A DNA stretch of 63,623 bases, taken from positions 3,571,320 to 3,634,942 of the forward strand of contig NC_057750.1 in assembly GCF_004010195.1 (NCBI RefSeq), in the 5' to 3' direction. How positions within the stretch are numbered: position 1 is the stretch's first letter; the number at the start of each line of letters is the position of its first letter. Position numbers and translations under genes: made by a program. Positions 1 through 11,410 of the stretch are shown here, piece after piece. The notes under the pieces were generated by a model, which made no database searches, was not told where the DNA came from, and saw nothing but the letters and a program-made list of their open reading frames with translations. This stretch comes from Chiloscyllium plagiosum. Taxonomy: Eukaryota.

Positions 1-664
1 ATGTCACACTCAGAGCATGTGCCAACAACCTATGTGGCAAACACATCTGCATGTGCTCCACCAAACAGTCAATGTCTGAAATTCAAAAGAGAACAGTCCT
101 TATTGGAGTAAAGTGGAGCTTTGTTGAGACCATCACTGCTTTTCTTTATTTTTCTCATTTTTGATTTGGAGCTGCGAGCCAAAGTTGAGAATTGAGCTTT
201 AAACTTCAAGCAGAAGTTTGTTTTGGAAAGGGGGAAAGAGCAAACAAACGGATGTTTGTTAATGGGAACTGGCTTGGAAAGATAATTGCAGGTTAATCAT
301 TGTTTTAAGAACATTGTGGACAATTTGGCACCAGGATGTGTTATCCTCAAGGACTGGCAGTTATTTAGATGTTGCATTGGTCAGTCAAGGGGAGGCCGAT
401 GCTGGCCAGTAAACCACAGAGAACGTTGAAAAAGAAAGAGAAACAATCGATTGAACTTTTTGTAATTTACTGTGTTTTTGGGCAGAGGACTGTGTGCTTA
501 GAAGCTGTTGGACTGGGAAGCTGTGTTTGAGTTTTATACTCTAGCTTTATATCCAGTTCAAGAATTATTGCATATTTTGGGAAAAACGAATTCTGGTTTA
601 TAAAAAAAAAAGTGAATATGCCTTAGAATCTCTGGAAGCTGTTACATTGACTGATGACTTTGGA

Positions 665-970
665 CTGATGACTCCCCCCACCTTGTCTCAGTCAAATCCA
701 TCGAATTCAGCACCGCCTTCCTAACCTGCAATCTTCTTCCTGACCTCTCCGCCCCCACCCCAGTCTGACCTATCACCCTCACCTTGACCTCTTTCCACCT
801 ATCACATTTCCGACGCCCCTCCCCCAAGTCCCTCCTCCCTACCTTTTATCTTAGCCTGCTGGACAAACTTTCCTCATTCCTGAAGAAGGGCTTATGCCCG
901 AAACGTCGATTCTCCTGTTCCCTGGATGCTGCCTGACCTGCTGCGCTTTTCCAGCAACACATTTTCAGCT
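665..970 (+). mobile_element. Penelope-like element 3' fragment (family 1 pLTR) with hammerhead motif
   Basis: Pyrimidine-rich pLTR body followed by CTGAAGAAGGGCTTATGCCCGAAACGTC. Flanked by a 14-bp direct repeat CTGATGACTTTGGA (651-664, 971-984). Confidence 0.8.
880..907 (+). ncRNA. Minimal type I hammerhead ribozyme core (PLE-associated)
   Basis: CUGAAGA-A-[GGGC UUAU GCCC]-GAAA-CG-UC: full catalytic core, 4-bp helix II, palindromic ACGU helix III, predicted GUC cleavage. Helix I is weak. Confidence 0.7.
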
Positions 971-1335
971 CTGATGACTTTGGAGGTCAACCGAGATACA
1001 ATCCTATGTGGCTATAATACAACTTATCATTCAAAGAATTTAATTTATCTCTTAACTGCATTTGTCCCTTTGCATGAGTGGAATTACAATCAAAGAATAT
1101 TGATTTTATATTAGATAAACTTGATGTTTAGCTTTTCTTTGCTAAAAACACATATAATAATAAATAGTTAATTTTTGTTTGTTATAAATTTAGCATTTGA
1201 TATCTGTTATTCTTAAACTCTGGCCAAGAACAATTGGGCAATTTTAAGCGTCATTGTATGTTCAATTTCACTGTGCTGCAAATTCAGTGTTAGCATGTCT
1301 GATTTGGTCTGACTTGCTATCCCTGTGTCGTAACA

Positions 1336-1615
1336 GGCTACAGTCAGTCAGAGGTTGTTGCAACACTCAGTCAAAGGCATTGTCCTATCTCAGTACAGAG
1401 AGTTGGCCACAGTCAGCCAGGTTTTGGAGTGACCACAGTCTAATGATCTGTATCTTTGCAGTCTGCAATTGAACCACAGTCAGTCATACAGGTCAAAAAT
1501 AACCAGTTTGGGGATTGTATAGGTGAGTCATTTGAGGAGCTGTGGAGACATTAGGTTTGGGGCTATCCTCCCAAGTCAATCCTGGGGTTGTGCCACAGTC
1601 AATCCTTAGGGTTTA
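1336..1615 (+). repeat. Degenerate minisatellite built on CCACAGTCA(G/A)TC
   Basis: Repeated ctacagtcagtca / ccacagtcagcca / ccacagtcta / ccacagtcagtca / ccacagtcaatc units with irregular spacing. Confidence 0.4.
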
Positions 1616-2149
1616 GACTGAAAATGTAAGAGGACTTCTCAGTGGCAGTCCATGCATTATAATGTAAAATGGGAAATGCATGTCTGGGAATGGGATGCAT
1701 GATGCTGCGATGCTGAGGGGATGATGACTCTGAAGGGAGACAACACCAATATATAGGGTAGGATATGATAAAGCATAGGAGGGCATGGAGTTCTGTGGGA
1801 TGGTGTTTTTAGAAGACACCATCACTCTGACTTCATTGGATAGACAGTGGATAGGTAAATTGGGCAAGACTGTCTGGTAAGCCAAGGGCTGAGGGGGAAT
1901 ATTGAGGAGATTAACTGTTAAATAAAAAGAGTTGGATAAGAACGTGATGAGCCTGAAAGTTAATGGTGCCGACAAGAACACAACATAAAACGATACATGA
2001 ACAAGGTTGTGGGGGGGATTCTTGATTATCTGGAGCTCTCATTTATAGGAGCTTGACTTGAATAGTGTGCCATCTTGAACCTAACCTAAACAATCAGCTA
2101 CACAATAAGGAAGAAGAATAACTTATGTTCAAAATCTATTTATTGGATG

Positions 2150-2360
2150 TATGCTTAATTGGCAGTGCCAGCAATTATTACTTTTACTTAATTGCCCATG
2201 AGAAGGTGTTGAATAGTACTATAAGTGTGCTCACATTGCAGTTAGGAAGAAAATCCCAGGATTTTGACCCAGCGACCATGAAAGAATGGCGATAACTCTC
2301 CAAGTCAGAATTCTCAGTGGTTTGAAGGAGAACTTATAGGTGATGGAAAACCCAATGTAT
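2150..2360 (-). mobile_element. Old non-LTR retroelement 3' fragment (family not assigned)
   Basis: CCAGGATTTTGACCCAGCGAC...CCAAGTCAG segment resembles a common shark interspersed repeat (recognised from memory only). Confidence 0.4.
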
Positions 2361-2510
2361 CTGGATGTATCCGCAGGATTTATTTATATTGAACTAATGA
2401 GATGAAAGGACAATTTAAACTGATTAAAGAAAAATTGATTAACCAAAGCTCAGCTGATGTTTTGAGTTTCAGAGAAAAACTAACCAAAACATGTGAATAG
2501 CCAAAAAGTA

Positions 2511-2820
2511 TTAGATTAGATTACTTACAGTGTGGAAACAGGCCCTTCGGCCCAACAAGTCCACACCGACCCGCCGAAGCGCAACCCACCCCCCTACATT
2601 CCACCCCTTCACCTAACACTACGGGCAATTTAGCATGGCCAATTCACCTAACCTGCACATTTTTGGACTGTGGGAGGAAACCAGAGCACCCGGAGGAAAC
2701 CCACACAGACACGGGGAGAATATGCAAACTCCACACAGTCAGTCGCCTGAGGCAGGAGTTGAACCCGGGTCTCTGGCGCTGTGAGGCAGCAGTGCTAACC
2801 ACAGTGCCACCATGCCGCCC
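2511..2820 (-). mobile_element. HE1-type V-SINE, full length
   Basis: On the minus strand: tRNA-derived head with A box (TGGCACTGTGG) and B box (GGTTCAACTCC), V-domain GTGTGGAGTTTGCATATTCTCCCCGTGTC, CR1-like tail and (AATCT)n end. Confidence 0.92.
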
Positions 2821-3009
2821 ACAACTAGCAGTGAAAACTAGGGCAGATGGAAGAGTCTTAGATTGAAATTTTGTTATTGGAAATCCCATGTCCACAGACT
2901 TTGGCAATCTCTCCATACCAGCATTGCACATTTCTGATCCACTGACAGTGGATTTCTGCATTTCATGATGCACTAGAACTATCATTGCAATACTGCATTC
3001 TGAACACAG

Positions 3010-5170
3010 CGCCGAGAGAAGCTGAGTGTGAAAAAAATCCAAGAGTAAAATCACAGGAAATCTATAAGCTTCTTGGTTGGTGTTGGGCTGTGAGCTGAAG
3101 TACTTCAAAACTGAAACAAGTTCATTGATTTCAGGAAGGACCTCTAGCAAAAGACTGGTAAAGTTATGCCAATTCAAAGTAAAGTAAAACCAAAGTTAAT
3201 GTAAGTGAAGTTACTAGGAATTTGTTTTAATAAGTTTATATTTATTCTAAGGGTAACAAATAGTTTTCAGAATTACAGGATGGCAAGAAAGTAGATATGA
3301 TTGGAGTGTACATTCTGCAGTGTGTGTGAAGTCATGAATATACCTTGTGTCCCAGACTAACATACCTGCAGGAAGTGTCATTGGCTACACAAGCTTGAGT
3401 TCTTGATTTCAGAACTTGAGCAATGGAGTCACCTGTGCATCTGCAAGGGAGAGGATTTCATAGGTAGCATGTATAGGAGATTGTCATATTGCAGTTTAGA
3501 AGTTTCTAAACAGAGAGAGAATGTGTAGCTACCAGGCAGTCTAAGAAAACCAGACTGGTAGTATGGGAGTTCCTTATGTCTATTGTGCTTGCCGCTCATA
3601 ATTTCATTCCACTTGTGAAAGAGATGGTTCCTTAGGGGAGTGCGGCTAGAGACACAGCTACGGCATTAAGGACATCTCAGCTGTACAGATGAAGAAAGAA
3701 GAATGGGAGTGCAATAAAGATACAGGAATTTCATATCAAAGGATCAGGCAGACATCTCAGTGGCAGAATGGTGTGTTGCCTGTGTAGTACCAGGGTCAAG
3801 GATGTCATGGAGTAGCTGTAGGAAATCTGTCTAGGCAGGACGTCAGCCAGAAGCTGTAGTCCACATTGGAACAAATAATATAAGTCAGAAGAGGGGTAAT
3901 ATCCTGAAAGCAAAATTCAGGGAATTATAAAGATAGTTAAAAATTTCAAGATGGAGTGGCTGGAGAATGGATGTAGGAAACTATCAGATTTGATGATGCA
4001 AAATAGTGAGGGCAATTGAAAGACAGATGAAACAAAATCGAACACTAAAAATGCCTTAAATGCAGAATTACTTCAAAAAACAAAGTTAAAAGTACTCCAC
4101 CTGAATACATGCAGTTTTCACACCAAGTTAGATGATCTAAAGGCACAAATACAGGTAGATATTTATGATTTAATTGCTGTTACAAAAATATGACTTGTTT
4201 GGTGACCAGAACTGAAAACTGAATGTTGAAGCTGCAACAGGATCAGTACATTAATAGGATCTGAAGAAAAATGAATGGAATCTGTTTGGGTGGAACTGAA
4301 AAACAGCAAAGGACTGCTGACATTGGTTGATGTTATTTATAGGCAACCAAATAGTGACATGATAAAAATCAAGAGAGAAGAGAAGTGTGTAGCATGTGCA
4401 GCACAGTGATCATGGGTGACTTCAATCTGCACATAGAATGAGTACAGTAATGTGATGATGTAATATTGACTTACAAACAATGTTCCAAATTTCTTGTTGG
4501 GACATAGGGACCTTGGGGTATACCTGCATAGTCCTTTGAAGGTTACAGGACATATTGAGAGAGTGGTTAGCAAAGTAAATAGGGTGTTGAGCACAAAAGC
4601 AGGGATGTTTTACTGAACCTTTATAGACCTCTAGTTTGGCCTTAACAGAGTCTTGTGTCTAGTTGCCACATTTTATAAAAGATGTGAGGACCTTTGAAAG
4701 GTGCAGAAGAGATTTAGCCAAATAATTTCAGGAATTGATCATTTTACTTACAAGGCTAAGTTGTAGAAGTGAGGGTTGATTTCCTTGGAGTAAAGGAAAC
4801 TGAGGGATTATTTGATCAAGATGTACAAGATGATAACAGGTTTGGCCAAGATTGACAAGGAAAACATGTTTCCATTAGTTTATGGTACAGAGACAAGCAA
4901 ACACATGTAAGGTTTGGAGTAAAGAATACATGGGGGATGTCAGGAAGAAATGTTTGCACATTGATTAGTAATGAGTTGAAACTCATGAGGGTGGTGAATG
5001 CAGAGCAAATTAATAGTTTCAAAAGGAATTTGGATGAACACTTGAAGGAAATAATCTTGCTGGCCTATGGACATTAAAAAAGAGGGAATGAGATTGACTG
5101 ACCGGTTTACTCTGCAAATTCAAAATGAACTTAATGTTTGAATAATTTGCGATAGTGCTTCTATGACTTT
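3010..5170 (+). mobile_element. Old CR1 LINE, internally deleted (5'UTR, ORF1 zinc finger/esterase, endonuclease start, RT C-terminus, 3'UTR)
   Basis: Decayed C..C/CRKC zinc finger (~3317-3380), RMVCCL and VHIGTN esterase motifs (~3765-3880), LKVLHLN...YDLIAVT endonuclease start (~4085-4190), RDLGV RT C-terminus from ~4505, tail TTCTATGAC at ~5160. Confidence 0.7.
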
Positions 5171-5254
5171 ATGATGGACTATGTAATAGGATTCTTATTC
5201 TGCTGGTTATTTGTAAAACCATACATCTTACCCAATAGGCACATGTTTCCAAGT

Positions 5255-5461
5255 CAAGAGTGTGGTGCTGGAAAAGCACAGCAGGTCAGGCAGCATTCGA
5301 GGAGCAGGAAAATCGATGTTTTGGGCAAAAGCCTTTCATCAGGAATGTTTTGCCCGAAACGTCAATTTTCCTGTTCCTTGGATGCTGCCTGACCTTCTGT
5401 GCTTTTCCAGGACTACACTCGTGACTCTGATCTCCAACATCTGCAGTACTCACTTTTGCCT
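5255..5461. mobile_element. Fold-back mini-PLE (family 1)
   Basis: Inverted pLTR arm followed by a sense arm ending in the complete tail ...CATCTGCAGTACTCACTTTTGCC. 14-bp TSD ACATGTTTCCAAGT (5241-5254, 5462-5475). Confidence 0.85.
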
Positions 5462-7008
5462 ACATGTTTCCAAGTACTTAGTACTGGGTAAAGAGGTGCA
5501 TCTCTAATCATTTGGTGATACTTATAACTCTGCCTCGAGGATGGGGATATATTCCTTTTGCCATGTTGTTTGGGCAGCAAAAATATATTTTTGGAAGCTA
5601 ACAAAATAGTTTCTCTAATAATCTCATCATTATCAGTGAATGAGTAATGCAATGCACAGGTATCTGTAATGGACAAGGTTCATGCCTAGTCCTTGGTAGT
5701 TTAAGGTTGATACAGACATAGCATTATTTGTTCCAAAGCATTCCCTTTTCTCTCTTTAGAGCATTTTATATCTTATTAAGGTATATAGACACTAGTCTTT
5801 GTTGTAGAATTATGAACCAACAAAAAAAGTCAAGAAAATATACCTACTAGACCAAATAGCTTGGCCTCAGTAATATTGATGCTTAGCACAAAACATTACA
5901 TATATTGTCTACCTCAGTCCTCCCAGAAATTCCTTGGAGTAATGAAAACAAGGAAATAACAGTTAGGGCAATCAAATGAATCCTTAGTATGAATGTCAGC
6001 AAGTATTTTTTTTAATCCATGGTTGGCATTATATGCAGTTCAATCTGTTTTTTCTATTGTTTGTTCCTGGACTATTTTCAAAGCCATGCAATCTTCTACT
6101 CTTCCTGGCACTACTGCATTTCAGAATTTCTTGTCTTCCTCAATTTGTGCTTCCTCATATCAGCTGTTACCTTTCAACACTAACTTGGAGTCACCTGGCT
6201 ACTATTGCCCAATTTGTCTCATCTTCCTTCTCACTGTGATGTTCTACACCCCACATCAAGGCCCTTCGCTTTGAATCCTAATGAATAGATTTAGGGTTCC
6301 TCTGCATACATAACACTCTCAAACTTTCACCTGTATTTTATACACTGTTTCTTAAGCTGAAATTATCTTGAAATCCTCCATAGCAGGGTTTACTGTTAGT
6401 GAAGTATGCAGCTTTGTCTGGAGCCCTCACACATGTATACTTGACAAACTGTCTTTATACCTGAGGCTCTCTGCTTTCAGTTTCCTCAGCTATATCCAAA
6501 GCCTCAGCTTGTCATGTAATACTAGAAGATAAAGAAATTATTCAGATAAAAACAGAGAGTGGGGGGGTTGGGGGCCAATGCAAATGCCCAGCAGCACATC
6601 CGGTGAAACAGTTTTGAATTCTGTCAAACTGAAAAAAATCATAGGCCAACCCCTGTACAATAAATCATAACTGAACACATCTGAAACCTGAAAGCTATAA
6701 AGAAACAAGACAGTTTCATGCACTGCTTGATTTGAATCATATTATAATTTAATTTGTGACAATTTTTAATCCTCTGTTTGACTCACATATGCTATGATGA
6801 AGCATGTAAGTGGCTAAAAACAAAACTCAAGTGAAAGCAGAAAGCTTTCAGTGTTGATTCATGTTTAGTGTTTCATGTTTAATGCTGAAATCATTAAATA
6901 TAAACATTCATTTGATAATCCATTTTATTTTATGTTGCACAGTAGTGATTTTGAAATCTGACCAAGTTAAATCAACGATAGCATATTGGCTGAAGACCTT
7001 GACATATT

Positions 7009-8690
7009 GAGTTATAGAGTCATAGAGATGTACAAGCATGGAAACAGAATCTTCGGTTCAACTTGTCCATGCCGACCAGATATCCGAACCCAATCTAGTC
7101 CCACCTGCCAACAACTAGCCCATATTCGTACAAACCCTTCTTATTCATATACCCATTCATGCCTTTTAAATATTTCAATTGTACCAGCCTCCATCACTTC
7201 CCCTGGTAGCTCATTCCATACACGTACCACCCTCTGCGTGAAAACGTTGCCCCTTAGGTCTCTTTTATATCTTTTCCCACTCACCCAAAACCAATGCCGT
7301 CTAGTTTGGACTCCCCCACCCCAGGGAAAAGACTTTGTCTATTTATCCAATCCACGCCCATCATGATTTTATAAACCTCTATAAGGACACCCCTCCGCCT
7401 CCGACGCTCCAGGGAAGACAGCCGCAGCTTATTCAACCTCTCTCCATAGCTCAAATCCTCCAACCCTGGCAATATCCTTGTAAATATTTTCTGAATCCTT
7501 TCGGATTTCACAATATCCTTCCAGTAGGAAGGAGACCAGAATTGCGCACAACATTCCAAAAGTGGCCTAGCCAATGTCCTGTATAGCAACATGACCTCCC
7601 AACTCCTGTACTCAATACTCTGACCAATAAAGGAAAGCATACCAAATGCCTTCTTCACTGTCCTATCTACCTGTGACTCCAATTTCAAGGAGCTATGAAC
7701 CTGCACACTAAGGTCTCTTTGTTCAGCAACACTCCCTAGGACCTTACCAGTAAGTATATAAGTCCTGTTAAGATTTGCTTTCCCAAAATGCAGCACCTCA
7801 CATTTATCTAAATTAAACTCCATCTGCCACTCCTCAACCAATTGGCTCATCTGATCAAGATCCCTTGTAATTTGAGGTAACCTTCTTAGCTGTCCACTAC
7901 ACTTCCAATTTTGGTGTCTTACTAATTATACCTCCTATGTTCAAATCCAAATCATTTGTATAAATGACAAAAAGTAGTGAATCCAGCACTGATCCTTGTG
8001 GCACTCCACTGGTCACAGGCCTCCAGTCTGAAAAACAAAACTCCACCACCACCCTCTGTCTTCTACCTTTGAGCCAGTTCTTTATTCAAATGGCTAGTTA
8101 TCCCTGTATTCCATGAGATCTAACCTTGCTAACCAGTCTCCAATGCGGAACCTTGTCAGACGCCTTACTGAAGTCCATACAGATCACATCTATCACTCTG
8201 CCCTCGTCAATCCTTAAAAACTCAATCAAGTTTGTGAGTCATGATTTCCCACACACAAAACCATGTTGACTATCCCTAATCAGTCCTTGCCTTTCCAAAT
8301 ATATGTACGCCCTGTCCCTCAGGATTCCCTCCAACAACTTGCCCACCACCGATGTCAGGCTCACCGGTCTATAGTTCCCTGGCTTGTCCTTACCGCCTTT
8401 CTTAAACAGTGGCACCACGTTAGCCAACCTCCAGTCTTCTGGCACCTCACCTGTGACTATTGATAATACAAATATTTCAGTAAAAGGCCCAGCAATCACT
8501 TCCCTAGCTTCCCACAGAGTTCTAGGGTGGACTTGATCAGGTCCTGGGGATTTATCCACTTGTATGCGTTTCAAGACATCCAGCACTTCTTCCTCTGTAA
8601 TATGGACATTTTTCAAGATGTCACCACCTATTTCCCTATGTTCTATATCTTCCATGTCATTTTCCACAGTAAATACTGATGCAAAATACT
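7009..8690 (-). mobile_element. HER1/CR1 LINE, 5'-truncated (RT pseudogene + 3'UTR)
   Basis: ORFs 8239-8667 (KSPGPD, NYRPVSLTS, SQHGF) and 7281-7850 (WQMEFN, QFWSP); (GACTCTAT)n tail near 7009. Confidence 0.93.
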
Positions 8691-8739
8691 ATTCAAAAAG
8701 AAAATAACATTCAGCGTGAATGTTTATGGTCTATGATCG

Positions 8740-9448
8740 TGCCATAGAGAAAATATCTTCTATTGATAAGGCTTTTGATGAAGAGACTGACAGTGAATGT
8801 AAATGTTCATGGGATCTAAGGAAATTTGCACATTGGATACAGAAATGACTGAGTGGAGTAAAGCAGAGGGTGATGGCCTAGGATGTATTTGTGACTTGAA
8901 GTTGTACCTAGTTGGGTTATGCAGGGATCAGTGTTAGACTATTGCTGTTTATGCTATGTATAAATAATTTAGACTTGAACGTGGGAGAGTTGATCTGTAA
9001 GTTTGTGGATAATATGGAAATTAGTGGGGTGGTAAATAGAGTGAGGAGGATAGCCTCAGATTACAGGATGATATAGACAGACTGGTCAGATGGATAGGTC
9101 AGGAGCAATCTTGGCCAACTGTCTGTGTGGAGTTTGCACATTCTGCCCGTGTCTATGTGGGTTTCCTCTGGGTGCTCCGGTTCCATCCCACAATCCAAAT
9201 AATGTGCAGGTCAGGTGAACTGGCCATGCGAAATTGCCCATAGTATTAGGTGCATTAGTCAGGGGTAAATCTAGGGTAAGGGAATGGGTCTTGGTGGGTT
9301 ACTCTTCAGAGGGTTGATGTGGACTTGTTGGGCCGAAGGGCCTGTTTCCATACTGTAGGAAATCTAATCTAATCTAATCTAATGCAATTCAACCAGATAA
9401 CCCTCATAACATTGAAGACGGGGTTAGATGTGTACTTACTATGCCAAG
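8740..9448 (+). mobile_element. Old CR1 RT fragment, left part (host of an HE1 and of the gypsy provirus)
   Basis: Decayed KAFD, QGSVL and KFVDN RT motifs. The 3'UTR GGGTTAGATGTGTACTT...GCCAAG resumes after the provirus at 16148. Confidence 0.75.
9110..9383 (+). mobile_element. HE1-type SINE, 5'-truncated
   Basis: V-domain through the (AATCT)n tail; the tRNA head is missing. Confidence 0.9.
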
Positions 9449-10283
9449 TGTTATGAAGATGTGGGTGTACTTTAAGGGAGGTAAAAGCAGCAGAACTACC
9501 GGACACAGCACCAAGTGTTCTCAATAAGGCAACAATGTAACATTTGGTAGAACAACTTGATTAGCTTGTTGCCTGGAGACAAAAACAAATTCGAATTTGG
9601 CCAATCAGTTTAAATTATTCCACAAAAAAAATCAATCTCCAATCCAATTTGAAGTGAGTATATTGACAATCTTAAAAGCCAATGTCACAATCTGATGATT
9701 TGGGGGTGTAAAACCAGGGAAAATTGAACAGTTGAGAGGAGAACTGCCAAGCCCAGCAAGTAGAGTCATAGAGATGTACAGCATGGAAACAGACCCTTCG
9801 GTCCCACCCGTCCACGCCGACCAGATATCCCAACCCAATCTAGTCCCACCTGCCAGCGCCCGGCCCATATCCCTCCAAACCCTTCCTTTTCATATTCCCA
9901 TGTAAACAGACTGCTTGAAAAATAGCTCTCTTAAAAGTAACTTTTTGATCAGTAACCTGTGGCGCAGAGATTCCTAAGAAAAGAAGATACAGGAAGATCC
10001 AAATTGAAGAACAAAAGCTGCCTGGTTTTGAGATAAGAAGGGTAGTTCTGTAAATCTTAATTGGGGGTTGTATCAGACTAGTATTATAGAAGGGAAGGTT
10101 AGAGTAAGGAATGGTAAATAGTTGTTAGTTAATTATTCTGTTATATTTTAAGAAATAAAGTTGTTAATTTTTACTTTAAATAGTTCTTGGCCGCTCAAAT
10201 ATTTGCAGAATACTGCTCGGGATAAATCTTTGCTGTGTTGCTGGTTTTAAATTAAGCAGGAGGGTTTACCCCGTACTGTAACA
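9449..10283 (+). repeat. 5' LTR (TG...CA), containing a ~140-bp HER1 tail insertion
   Basis: Starts TGTTATGAAG, ends GTAACA and aligns to 15442-16143 apart from 9759-9898. Confidence 0.92.
9759..9898 (-). mobile_element. HER1/CR1 extreme 3' tail inserted in the 5' LTR
   Basis: Closely similar to the HER1 tail at ~7015-7150 and absent from the 3' LTR. Confidence 0.88.
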
Positions 10284-10286
10284 GTT

Positions 10287-10312
10287 TGGGGGCTCGGGTC
10301 TGTGATTTGAAC
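10287..10312 (+). other. Primer-binding site, tRNA-Pro-like
   Basis: TGGGGGCTCGggTCtGtGATTTGAAC, 3 nt after the LTR, versus the tRNA-Pro complement TGGGGGCTCGTCCGGGATTTGAAC. Confidence 0.75.
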
Positions 10313-10466
10313 TGGTTTAGACAAATTTGAATAGATTTGGGTGTATGAAAAGCCCAACAGATTTAAACACTTGCAGGTTTGTGTCTTAGATCTTTAAATA
10401 AAATGTAGGTGAGACAATTTATTTAATTTCGGTGACTTGGGGTTGATTAAATTAAAGGTGAGAGAA

Positions 10467-11410
10467 ATGGCTCTTTAAAATTGCTAAAGATATTCTGGGA
10501 TTTGAAGATGATTATCAAATTTGCCAAGAAAGTTTAAAAGGAAAGAAAAAGGCCATACTTTTAGAATTAGCAAAGAAGTTAAGTATGAATTTAACCAGGG
10601 ACAAAAGTAAAGCTGAAATTGTAAGGAAATTATTCAAACACTTAGGTGTATCCGAGAAACAGACAAGTGCAGTAGAGGTATAAATTACAGTTGAGGAAAA
10701 TGGAGTTAGAAAATAAACAAAGAGAGAGAGGAAAAAGAGAGTGAGAAGGTTCTTGGCTGAGCAAAGGGAGAGAGAAAGAGAGAGAGAATTTGAACTTGAG
10801 TAGTTGCGACTTAGTCAGCAAAGTCGTTAACAGGATGGAGATGAAAAGAGAAGATAGTGATTTATATAAATATGTTACAACTCTACCATATTTTGATTAG
10901 AAAGATGTTGAAGCCTTTAATTCATTTCAAAAATTGGCGAAGCAGATGGAGTGGTCTGAGGATTTATGGATGATGCTAGTTCAGACTAAATTGGTAGACA
11001 GAGCTTGTAAGGTATTTTGCCATGTTATCAGATGAGGTGTCAAGAAATTATGGAGAGGTTAAACAGGCTATTTTAAGTGCTTATGAATTGGTACCAGAAG
11101 CATATAGACAGCAGTTCAGAAACACAAAGAAGGAATCAGGTCAGGCTTACATTGAATCAAAAGAATTAAAACATAGTCACTTTGATTGATGGGAGGGTGC
11201 TTTGAAAATAGCTAAGACATTTGAAACTCTAAGAGACATTATTCTGCTGGAGAAGTTTAAAAGCTCACATCCAGAGATGGTAAGAATTCACGTGAAGGAA
11301 CAGAAAGTTCAGGAAGTGAGAAGGGCAGCAGAATTAGCAGATTAACGCATGTTGCTGCATAAAACAAGCTTCCAGCCAGAATTTCGTCCTGTGAGGGATA
11401 GAGGTTGGGA
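10467..11410 (+). pseudogene. gag: gag pseudogene with SCAN-related capsid C-terminal domain
   Basis: ATG at 10467, ER-rich coiled coil, then VPEAYRQQFR (~11091-11120) and LRDIILLEKFKSSHPEMVRIHVKEQKVQEVRRAAELAD (~11229-11343). Several stops and frameshifts. Confidence 0.75.

Larger units (their letters stand above)
1..1335 (+). mobile_element. Probable solo LTR or 3' part of an LTR (left end not defined), interrupted by a PLE fragment
   Basis: Ends CCCTGTGTCGTAACA (1321-1335), one mismatch from the gypsy 3' LTR end CCCTGTGTTGTAACA. An AATAAATAGTTAATTTTT segment near 1158 resembles AATAAAGTTGTTAATTTTT in the gypsy LTRs. No PBS follows. Confidence 0.45.

Noticed and set aside
2740..2820. tRNA gene at HE1 heads (A and B boxes)
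   Set aside because: These are tRNA-derived SINE promoters continuous with the V-domain, not cloverleaf tRNA genes.
2644..3177. 177-aa ORF and similar DCGRKPEHPEETH-type ORFs
   Set aside because: Chance translations of HE1 SINE sequence that recur at most copies.
6575..6585. Overlapping CCAAT and octamer ATGCAAAT suggesting an Ig or snRNA promoter
   Set aside because: No leader/V exon, recombination signal or snRNA is visible downstream; a single 8-mer is expected by chance in 63 kb.
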